Origin: a virus
Taxonomy: Duplodnaviria; Heunggongvirae; Uroviricota; Caudoviricetes
Virus record (IMG/VR): IMGVR_UViG_3300022468_000500
Reading direction: 5' to 3' (one strand)
Length of the DNA: 42,137 nucleotides
Below the pieces are notes generated by a model. It saw only the letters and a program-made list of their open reading frames with translations, searched no databases and was not told the origin of the DNA. Shown in pieces: positions 16,855 to 24,282 of this stretch (its first letter is position 1; every line of letters begins with the position of its first letter). Made by a program: the position numbers and the translations under genes.

Positions 16855-17396
16855 TAGAACACGAGTCTTGTATAGGTTTAAAACATTCTAGGTGCTGGAA
16901 TCCTTCTTCTAGACTAAAAACTAGTAGAGAAGAAGGGGCCGGCCTAGGACAAATTACTCGTGCGTATAGTACGGATGGCAGCATAAGATTCGATGCTTTA
17001 GCTGAGTTAAAAGCTAAGCACCCTAGTATACTAAGAGAATGGTCTTGGGATAATGTATATAAAAGACCAGATCTACAATTGGCAGGTATCGTGTTAAAAA
17101 TGCGAGATAACTTCACATACTACGACGGTAAAGCCAGTGAGTTTGAAGAACAGTACGCTTTTGCTGATGCTTCTTATAACGGTGGTATTGGTGGTCTCGA
17201 CAGAGAGCGCAGAATATGTAATCTTACAAAAGGTTGTGACCCTAAAAAATGGTTTGGACATGTAGAAAACTACTGTTTGAAATCAAAAACTGCGTTATAC
17301 GGACAACGCTCAGCTTGTCAGATAAATAGAGAACACGTAATAGATGTAATGAAAGTAAGAGCTCCTAAGTACAAAAAATTTATGACGTCAAACTGA
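16833..17396 (+). CDS. Lytic transglycosylase (SLT-type endolysin) domain, in -1 frame relative to 16423..16854
   Basis: The -1 frame reads SWYLASLIEHESCIGLKHSRCWNPSSRLKTSREEGAGLGQIT...ASYNGGIG, containing SLT motifs (catalytic ES, GLGQ, AxYNGG). The ORF track shows only the last 105 aa (17079..17396). Confidence 0.85.
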   Translation, partial: SWYLASLIEHESCIGLKHSRCWNPSSRLKTSREEGAGLGQITRAYSTDGSIRFDALAELKAKHPSILREWSWDNVYKRPDLQLAGIVLKMRDNFTYYDGKASEFEEQYAFADASYNGGIGGLDRERRICNLTKGCDPKKWFGHVENYCLKSKTALYGQRSACQINREHVIDVMKVRAPKYKKFMTSN

Positions 17397-17408
17397 ATAA
17401 ATTTAAAC

Positions 17409-17437
17409 TTGACGTAATTTCCCATTAGTGATAAAAT
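17409..17437 (+). promoter_or_regulatory. Sigma70-type promoter for GIY-YIG endonuclease
   Basis: TTGACG-17 nt-TAAAAT with extended -10 TG. Confidence 0.8.
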
Positions 17438-17460
17438 ATAAATTCACTAATGGAGAAACT

Positions 17461-18150
17461 ATGACTTGTGGCGTATATTTACTAAAATTTACAGGCACTG
17501 ATCTAGTCTATATAGGTCAAAGCATCAATATAGAGGACAGATACTCAACTCATTTGTATAATCTGTCAACAGGAGTAAAAGCCAATAAAAAATTGCACGC
17601 CGCTTATACTTTATACGGTGCACCTAAACTAGAGATATTAGAAGAATGCACAATAGATAAATTATCCGAGCTAGAGTCTTATTATATAAAAGATTTCGAT
17701 ACTATAGATAATGGTCTTAATATATTAAGTAACACTGATATTAAAGGCTATTCGTTACCTGGTGTTACGAATCCTAATTCTAAATACTCAATGGAGGTGT
17801 GTGAAGCTGTATTCAATGAAATTGTAGCAGGTACCATAAGTTTACTAGAAATTAGTAAGACACTAAATGTACATAAGTCTTTGGTATATGGTATAGCCGA
17901 AGGATTAGCACACAGGAGTTGGCTGGAGGAGAAGTACCCAGAAAAATACGCTATATTGCTATCTAAACAAGGTAAATGGAAACATAAAGGCGTTACTAAT
18001 GAATTGTTTATAAAAGACCCTTTAGGCAATGTGCACAAGATTAGCACTAGTTTAAAGGAATTCGCCCTACAGTACGATCTCAATAGTGGACACATAAGTA
18101 GCGTACTATCGGGTAAACGAGTTCAACATAAAGGATGGACTCTGCCATAA
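17461..18150 (+). mobile_element. Free-standing GIY-YIG homing endonuclease gene
   Basis: GVYLLKF...VYIGQS motif, conserved Arg (IEDRY) and Glu (LESYYI), and HTH/NUMOD-like C-terminal modules. The start is probably ATG 17461 (SD GGAG) rather than GTG 17428, which falls inside the promoter. Confidence 0.85.
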
Positions 18151-18159
18151 GGAATAATT

Positions 18160-18891
18160 ATGGATTATGTAAAACTACTAACAATAGCCGGAGTATCTGC
18201 TGATCTCCATGACTCAGCAATCTCTAGTTTAATGAAAGCTGAACAACGCGCCAAAGGCTTAACACTAGCCAAGTGGAAAGTTCGGTTATTTAAAGCTAAA
18301 AAGATTTCCGAACTACTATCTTGGGAAGACGAACGTTTAATCGACAAGCACCCAGAACTCGCAGCATGGGATATTGCACCAATGCTTAACATTACTGCTC
18401 ACGGTGATAACGTGCCATGGGTACGTACTAGGGCTGGTGACTTACCTATGGCTGGTCGCTGGCTTAACCCCGACCCTACATCAGCAGAGTATCATTTCGC
18501 TGTAAGTGAGAACTATTGGAAGAAAGGTACTCATCCACGTTCTAAAGAATCTCGATTTGCTTGGTATCGCCGTAACGCTGGTGAGTACAATGCGTGGGAG
18601 CGCGGAGAACCTGTATCTAAAGACATGCCACAACAAAAATGGGCTGGCAGTGACAAAGATACTAATGTTAAGGTACAGCGCTGCGGTAATGTGTGGTTCC
18701 TGAATGTTAACTACAAATTACTAAAAGTCATCCCAATAAAAACTAGAATTGGTTTTGAAATCGACAATGTATTCAAGGTTAAAAAGAACGAAGTTACTGG
18801 ACAAGAAGAAGTTGTACAGTTATGGTATCCTATTTTAAATCATGAGTTACGCGCACCTGTTACTTGGTCAACACTGCCAGGTAAAGACTAA
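18160..18891 (+). CDS. Hypothetical protein (243 aa, Trp-rich)
   Basis: Long ORF with SD AAGGA and phage-like codon usage. No motif recognised. Confidence 0.75.
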   Translation: MDYVKLLTIAGVSADLHDSAISSLMKAEQRAKGLTLAKWKVRLFKAKKISELLSWEDERLIDKHPELAAWDIAPMLNITAHGDNVPWVRTRAGDLPMAGRWLNPDPTSAEYHFAVSENYWKKGTHPRSKESRFAWYRRNAGEYNAWERGEPVSKDMPQQKWAGSDKDTNVKVQRCGNVWFLNVNYKLLKVIPIKTRIGFEIDNVFKVKKNEVTGQEEVVQLWYPILNHELRAPVTWSTLPGKD

Positions 18892-18917
18892 TGCAGCAAT
18901 GCTAGGTAAAAATAATC

Positions 18918-18946
18918 TTGACTTTTTATAGGTAACAAGATATAAT
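18918..18946 (+). promoter_or_regulatory. Near-consensus sigma70 promoter for phoH
   Basis: TTGACT-17 nt-TATAAT. Confidence 0.85.
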
Positions 18947-18976
18947 AGTGTTAGGTTCAAATTAATCAGGAGACCT

Positions 18977-19684
18977 ATGGCAACAAATACTGGTAAGAAG
19001 GCTCGTCGCGCACAACGCAACAATGAACATATTGTTCAGCCTGAGCACATGAGTGGTTTTAAAGAAATTCGTTGCAAAAATTTTGCACAAGAAGATTATC
19101 TACAAGCTATTCGTGAGGCACCGATAGTATTTGGACTCGGCCCAGCTGGTACTGGCAAGACGTATCTCGCCACTGCATTTGCTGCTGAGCAACTATACTA
19201 TCGTAAAATTAAAAAACTAATCATTACCAGACCAGCTGTGGAGGCAGCTGGAGAAAACCTAGGCTTCTTGCCAGGTGAATTAGAAGATAAATTCCGACCC
19301 TATCTGATCCCATTTTTAGATACGTTATATGAAAAGCTTGGTAAAAGCTACACAGAGTATCTTATTAAGGAAGGCACTATCGAGGCAGTACCTTTAGGCT
19401 TTATGCGCGGCAGAAGCTTTAAAGATGCCCTGATTATTCTAGATGAAGCTGAAAATACGAATGAAGCGCAAATGCGTCTAATTCTTACTCGTCTAGGTGA
19501 AAACTGCCGTATTCTTATTAATGGAGATGAGGCCCAAAAAGATATTGAAGGCCCTAGTGGTTTAAGTGATGCAGTAAAGAAGCTAAGTCATTTAAATGAA
19601 GTTGCCGTCAAACATTTTATTAACCAAGATATTGTACGTTCAGCTCTTTGCAGAAAGATTGATAAAGCGTACAGCGATTACTAA
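18977..19684 (+). CDS. phoH: PhoH-like ATPase
   Basis: Walker A GPAGTGKT and family motifs RPAVEAAGENLGFLPG, FMRGRSF, ILDEAEN and GDEAQKD. Confidence 0.95.
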   Translation: MATNTGKKARRAQRNNEHIVQPEHMSGFKEIRCKNFAQEDYLQAIREAPIVFGLGPAGTGKTYLATAFAAEQLYYRKIKKLIITRPAVEAAGENLGFLPGELEDKFRPYLIPFLDTLYEKLGKSYTEYLIKEGTIEAVPLGFMRGRSFKDALIILDEAENTNEAQMRLILTRLGENCRILINGDEAQKDIEGPSGLSDAVKKLSHLNEVAVKHFINQDIVRSALCRKIDKAYSDY

Positions 19685-19692
19685 GGATACCT

Positions 19693-19935
19693 ATGAAGTA
19701 TACACCCCTAGACTTCTACCCACCAACCGGCTCTAAAGGTGCGCGTTACATCATTGAAGACAAGCTGCAAGAATTCAATGGAGTTGCGTGGGAAGTAGTA
19801 GCTGATGAGGCTGAACAAGCTTCCGCACTAGCTAACTTAGCCGCAGACAGCCCAGATGCTCCCAGCGAAGAACCAGCACAACCCGTTACCGTTGTACCAC
19901 CTGTACCGCCAGCTGTAACAAAACCGACCAAGTAA
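19693..19935 (+). CDS. Hypothetical protein (80 aa, Pro/Ala-rich acidic tail)
   Basis: SD AAGGA, and fills the gap between phoH and the terminator. Confidence 0.65.
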   Translation: MKYTPLDFYPPTGSKGARYIIEDKLQEFNGVAWEVVADEAEQASALANLAADSPDAPSEEPAQPVTVVPPVPPAVTKPTK

Positions 19936-19937
19936 AC

Positions 19938-19974
19938 AAAAAGCCCCTACATCGTAAGACGTAGGGGCTTTTTT
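19938..19974. terminator. Bidirectional terminator at the convergence of the two arms
   Basis: AAAAAGCCCCTAC...GTAGGGGCTTTTTT, with an A tract on the left and a T tract on the right. Confidence 0.9.
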
Positions 19975-19979
19975 ATTTA

Positions 19980-21983
19980 TTAAACAACTTCACAGCCATT
20001 AGGGCCGGAACATGCAAGCTCACTAGCTAGGTTAACAGCATTTCCGTTATCTTCGTACACCATGTTGATGTTGATGCCTTCTAGATAAGGAATTAGTTCG
20101 TTGTAACGTTCCTCGGTAATATCCTCGAAAGGCATTTGAGGATATGCAGTAGCACCGAAAAATGGTAGCACAGAGATACCATTGTAGTAATTGCGGTTAT
20201 CCCACATCCAGCGCTCTAGTAGCTTCCACTGACCATCCTTTACGGAGATAGTGCAAGATACATTGTGTTGATTAATGCCATTACGGTGACCTGGTGTAAC
20301 CCAACGCTTAGACACATCCTTAACACGTTCTAGTAGTTCTAACATGTGTTCATCACGCATCTTAGCGCCCTTGGGAGCACGTTGTGGGAAACTTAGCACT
20401 ACTTGATGTGGTACGTTTACGTCCTGTTCAACTAACTCTGGAGCTGCAGTCATCATGTATTGTGCTAGTGCTTCGTCTTTACCAGCACGCATACGACGAA
20501 TGTAGAATGGAGCGTGCCATGCGTGAATACCGCTAGAAGTACCTAGTACTAGACTGGTTGTACCTGCGGGCTTAACGCAAGTAATACGTGCAGCCTTATT
20601 GATACCGATCTGCCTTGCAGTGATTTCATTCTGCATCGCCGCGTGCTTAGCCGCCTCTTCCATATCTAGTAGTTCTACTGTACCACTAGCGATACCAGTC
20701 ATAGATACACCTAGTAAAGCGTCTTTTTCGCAAGCGATACGCCACTTAGGATTTAGGTAATGGAAGTCGGTATACCCTGCCTGTAACGTACCTAAGAATG
20801 CTGCTGCCTTAGAGGCCTCGTTATAGTCTTCCTGAGTCTGAATAGCTCCAGCGTTAATCTCAGTAAGGTTGCACATCTGATAAGGACGTAACGCGATTTC
20901 GCAACATGGGTTAGTACCCCAGTCCTTATTATTAGTCCAGTAAACTCCAGGCTCGCCACAACCAGAATCTTCAATACGCTTGATTAGCGCTTCAAATTCT
21001 TTTTGTGTTACTTCATTACGAGGCAGTACAGCGGAGTTGTTAGCACGAGCACGAGCTGGATATGCGATAAACCAAGGTACATCATTAGTCGCTACAGCAG
21101 AGTCTACTTGAGATGTGTGCAACGCACCTTTTAGTACTTGACCATATAGGTTAACTACTTCTACAGGCACCATGCCATTAGTGTCAGCCGTACCGATCAC
21201 CTTAACACTAGATACAGCGCAGTAATTAGCCTTTGATGTTAGCATCGGTTCGTCGCTACGATCAAAAAGGCTAATCATAGCAGCACGACGAATACCACCC
21301 GCTAGAACTGCATCAGCGATAATACATGCCATGTCGTGTACCTCTAGCGGTGTTAGACGACGACCAATCGCACCACGTAGTACACTAGTTAGCTGCTCGA
21401 TACAAATACGTAAAGGTTCTGGGCCTGGAGCCTGTCCGCCTGTAGTAATTAATTCTGCGCCTTTTTCACGAATATCACGATAGTCAAATACTGGCAGCGT
21501 TCCAGCATTGAAGAAGGCCTTACATACTACCTTAACAGCATCAGCCCAGCCTACGATACTGTCTTGAATTTGATACTTGTATTCTCCGTCAGATTCAGGA
21601 GTTTTAATCTTAGGTAGCTTATCTGTGTGACGACGCTGTACAGAGTAACCCATACCCGTACCACCTAATAGCAAGAACATTAGTTCACTGAAGAACTTCG
21701 TAGATTCGGCAGGTGCGTATGCACAGTTGAAAATACGATTCTCTGCCATCAGAATAGGACGACCGCCGAACTGTAGAGAACGCATAGAAGGCAGAACCTT
21801 CTTAGTAACTACGGACTTAGCGTACGTTTCATCAATTAAATCTGTCATGTGCGGATACTTGGTCTTGTGCATCTCTGCATTACGCTGAACAATTTCAGCC
21901 CAAGACTCACGACGATTAAGTGCAGGATTGAATCGTGCGTACTTGTTGAAAACGGTAATGTCTGATAGTGCTTGCTTATCCAT
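19980..21983 (-). CDS. nrdJ: Class II (adenosylcobalamin-dependent, monomeric RTPR-type) ribonucleotide reductase
   Basis: Motifs LPSMRSLQFGG, FNCAY, GGIRRAAMISL, RANNS, GEPG, TNPCCEI (thiyl Cys), CNLTEIN, TCVKPAGTTS and a C-terminal Cys pair. No R2 subunit gene in the window. Confidence 0.9.
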   Translation of the reverse strand: MDKQALSDITVFNKYARFNPALNRRESWAEIVQRNAEMHKTKYPHMTDLIDETYAKSVVTKKVLPSMRSLQFGGRPILMAENRIFNCAYAPAESTKFFSELMFLLLGGTGMGYSVQRRHTDKLPKIKTPESDGEYKYQIQDSIVGWADAVKVVCKAFFNAGTLPVFDYRDIREKGAELITTGGQAPGPEPLRICIEQLTSVLRGAIGRRLTPLEVHDMACIIADAVLAGGIRRAAMISLFDRSDEPMLTSKANYCAVSSVKVIGTADTNGMVPVEVVNLYGQVLKGALHTSQVDSAVATNDVPWFIAYPARARANNSAVLPRNEVTQKEFEALIKRIEDSGCGEPGVYWTNNKDWGTNPCCEIALRPYQMCNLTEINAGAIQTQEDYNEASKAAAFLGTLQAGYTDFHYLNPKWRIACEKDALLGVSMTGIASGTVELLDMEEAAKHAAMQNEITARQIGINKAARITCVKPAGTTSLVLGTSSGIHAWHAPFYIRRMRAGKDEALAQYMMTAAPELVEQDVNVPHQVVLSFPQRAPKGAKMRDEHMLELLERVKDVSKRWVTPGHRNGINQHNVSCTISVKDGQWKLLERWMWDNRNYYNGISVLPFFGATAYPQMPFEDITEERYNELIPYLEGININMVYEDNGNAVNLASELACSGPNGCEVV

Positions 21984-22566
21984 TTAATTCCTTTAGTTCA
22001 ATATAACTGCCCCACTGCTCGGCCATTGCATCCGCAATGCCTTGGTAGGTTCTACTTCTTTCTTTCCAGCGATCAGGACTTGGAGACATAGCTAGAATTT
22101 TAGCTTCTCTACCTTCTACAATATTTGTAGGCTTTAACGCTGGCAAATTCTTTAACCAGAGACCGGTTTTCTTAGTTTCGCCATGGCCAAATTCCCATGG
22201 CTGAATGTACTGCGTTGGTTTCTTAATTTCAGTACTGATAATAGATACTGGGTTTTCCAACGCAATGTATTTGATTGGAGCATCAAGCAGCATTCTGACA
22301 AAATCTAGAGCTGCTTGTTGGACTCCTGAAGCTCTCTTTTCCGCAAAGTATCTTGCACCTGATACTGCTAAGTGTGTGCATGGCGGATGACACACCATTA
22401 AATCGAAGTCATCACAGATAATATCTTCTACATTTCCCTGATAGTGGTTACCTTCGGTTTCAGATGGAAGCAGGTCACACGACCAAGCATTCCATCCTCT
22501 AGCAGCAAAAGCGTTCCTGACCCTACCTGAGTACTCACAGGCCACTAAAACACTTAGCTGCTTCAT
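21976..22566 (-). CDS. Short DNA cytosine-C5 methyltransferase-like protein
   Basis: Motif I-like VLVACEYSG, catalytic HPPC, ENP (motif VI) and C-terminal RSRTYQGIADAMA. Only 196 aa. Confidence 0.75.
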   Translation of the reverse strand: MKQLSVLVACEYSGRVRNAFAARGWNAWSCDLLPSETEGNHYQGNVEDIICDDFDLMVCHPPCTHLAVSGARYFAEKRASGVQQAALDFVRMLLDAPIKYIALENPVSIISTEIKKPTQYIQPWEFGHGETKKTGLWLKNLPALKPTNIVEGREAKILAMSPSPDRWKERSRTYQGIADAMAEQWGSYIELKELNG

Positions 22567-22985
22567 TTGCCTGTGCTACCAAAACCACCAGTACCGCGTG
22601 GACTATAGTCAAATTCGAATACTTCTTCAAATTCAGGTAAATATACAGGTACTACCATTAGCTGAGCAATTCGTTCGCCAGCTGATGCTTGATAATCAGT
22701 CATACCTCTATTGGACAACATGGCTATAACTTCACCCTGATATCCGTGGTCAATGACCCCAACAGAGTTAGCAAGCGTTACTTGTAGTTTAGCTTGACCA
22801 CTTCTAGAGCACAGTAATCCTACGTAACCACGAGGAATATCTACTGCAATACCAGTATGTACTTTTACTACTTCTCCAGGCCTAATGACAATATCTTGCA
22901 TCGTACATAGATCAGCTCCAGCATCCCCGTCATGTGCACGTGTAATAGATGCAGCTGAGTTTAGCTTTTTAAAAGCAATTTTCAT
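22563..22985 (-). CDS. dut: Trimeric dUTPase
   Basis: Motifs AGADL, RSG, GVIDHGYQGE, RIAQL and RGTGGFGSTG. Confidence 0.97.
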   Translation of the reverse strand: MKIAFKKLNSAASITRAHDGDAGADLCTMQDIVIRPGEVVKVHTGIAVDIPRGYVGLLCSRSGQAKLQVTLANSVGVIDHGYQGEVIAMLSNRGMTDYQASAGERIAQLMVVPVYLPEFEEVFEFDYSPRGTGGFGSTGK

Positions 22986-23827
22986 CCGTAATACTCCTGA
23001 AATTTAGCGTGAATATCTTCACAGTTTTCTTTACCAATAGCCTCAGCACAATAAGACACTAAGTCCATCAGTTGATAATTTAACATTAGCTTGTCAGCAC
23101 CAAAAGCATTCAGTGATTGAATATACTTTAGTTTACCTGGCAGCGGCATACTTGCAATAATATCGAATGTAGTACCGTACTTAGCAACTAGCTCTTGAGC
23201 ACGCTTAGGGCCAATGCCCTCTACTCCGGGAATACTATCACCACTATCGCCCATTAAGCATTTGATAGAAATATGATCTTCTATATTGTAGTCGTAATGC
23301 TCAAGCCAGTTATCGTACGTAATTTCTTTACGCGTAACATAGCTAAATCTAGAAACCTGCTCATTGATTAACAAGTCCCAGTCACGGTCACTAGAGATTA
23401 GCCAAATACGTTCTAATCCAAACTTTTTCTTATTTACAGTTATGTAAGCAGCTAAGTCGTCAGCTTCCACTCCCTTGTACTGTAACGTAAGGAAATTTTC
23501 TTTAAGCACGTCTAGTGTTTTGAGATAGTCTGCGAAGAACAGCTCAAAATCTTCTGCTTCTTGCTCGGTTTGTTCATCACGCTTTTCCTTGCGGCCAATC
23601 TTATATTCAGGGTATAAGTCTTTACGATAACTGCTGCTACCAGAATCCGCAGTGATAATAATCTTTCCAGTATGATAGCTAGTAGCTAGACTACGAACTG
23701 TTTTTAGATAGTCATCTGCAAAGTTACGCTGTTTTTTATGTTTGTATCGAAACGCTAAGTTTAACGCATCTACTACTAGAGCGTCCTCGTCATTATGAAC
23801 TATTTGAGATGCGAATGATTTACTCAT
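22982..23827 (-). CDS. D15: Flap endonuclease / 5'-3' exonuclease (T5 D15)
   Basis: Motifs DALNLAFR, YRKDLYPEYK, EADD, SSDRDW and GDSGDSIPGVEGIGPKRA, with T5 synteny. Confidence 0.93.
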   Translation of the reverse strand: MSKSFASQIVHNDEDALVVDALNLAFRYKHKKQRNFADDYLKTVRSLATSYHTGKIIITADSGSSSYRKDLYPEYKIGRKEKRDEQTEQEAEDFELFFADYLKTLDVLKENFLTLQYKGVEADDLAAYITVNKKKFGLERIWLISSDRDWDLLINEQVSRFSYVTRKEITYDNWLEHYDYNIEDHISIKCLMGDSGDSIPGVEGIGPKRAQELVAKYGTTFDIIASMPLPGKLKYIQSLNAFGADKLMLNYQLMDLVSYCAEAIGKENCEDIHAKFQEYYG

Positions 23828-24282
23828 TTAATAAATTTAGGTTTTTCCAAAGTTAACCAATCTTCTAGCAAGCTTACAAAGAATGAATAGGTTTTAACTT
23901 CTATGTAAGCGTACTCTACACCATTTTCGGGCATATCGGTATACGCTACGAATACTTTGGAACGGTCATGTTTAAAAATTAATAAAGGTTTTCTACTTAC
24001 TTGATCACCTTGTCTAACTGCCTGCTCCCACCACTGCAGTAGTTGCGGGTTTTTACTGGTAAACAGTGTAGAATTAAAATGATCGTCAGCGTAGTGCTTT
24101 ACTTCTATACAAAACAGATTACCTTCATCCGGAATGTATAGATCGCCCTTTAGTTTATGTTTTTCGTCTAGAGCTCCTGAACCCGGAGTGCGTTCAAACT
24201 TTAAGCCTGTGTGTTTTCTTAAAAGGTCACGCACGACCGTTTCAGCGCGCGTGCCTTTATCTTTACTCGGATTACTAGCCAT
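23824..24282 (-). CDS. D14: PD-(D/E)XK Holliday junction resolvase-like nuclease (T5 D14)
   Basis: Motifs SKDKGTRAE, PGSGA, KGDL and IEVK, with T5 synteny. Confidence 0.85.
   Translation of the reverse strand: MASNPSKDKGTRAETVVRDLLRKHTGLKFERTPGSGALDEKHKLKGDLYIPDEGNLFCIEVKHYADDHFNSTLFTSKNPQLLQWWEQAVRQGDQVSRKPLLIFKHDRSKVFVAYTDMPENGVEYAYIEVKTYSFFVSLLEDWLTLEKPKFIK

Noticed and set aside
17079-17396. Stand-alone 105-aa gene starting at TTG 17079
   Set aside because: It would lack the catalytic Glu and GLGQ motif, which lie upstream in the same frame, and it has no SD.
21075-21230. Possible intein or intron in nrdJ
   Set aside because: The segment is in frame, only about 50 aa, and has no N-terminal Cys/Ser splice block with a His-Asn end. 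It is kept only as a small insertion.
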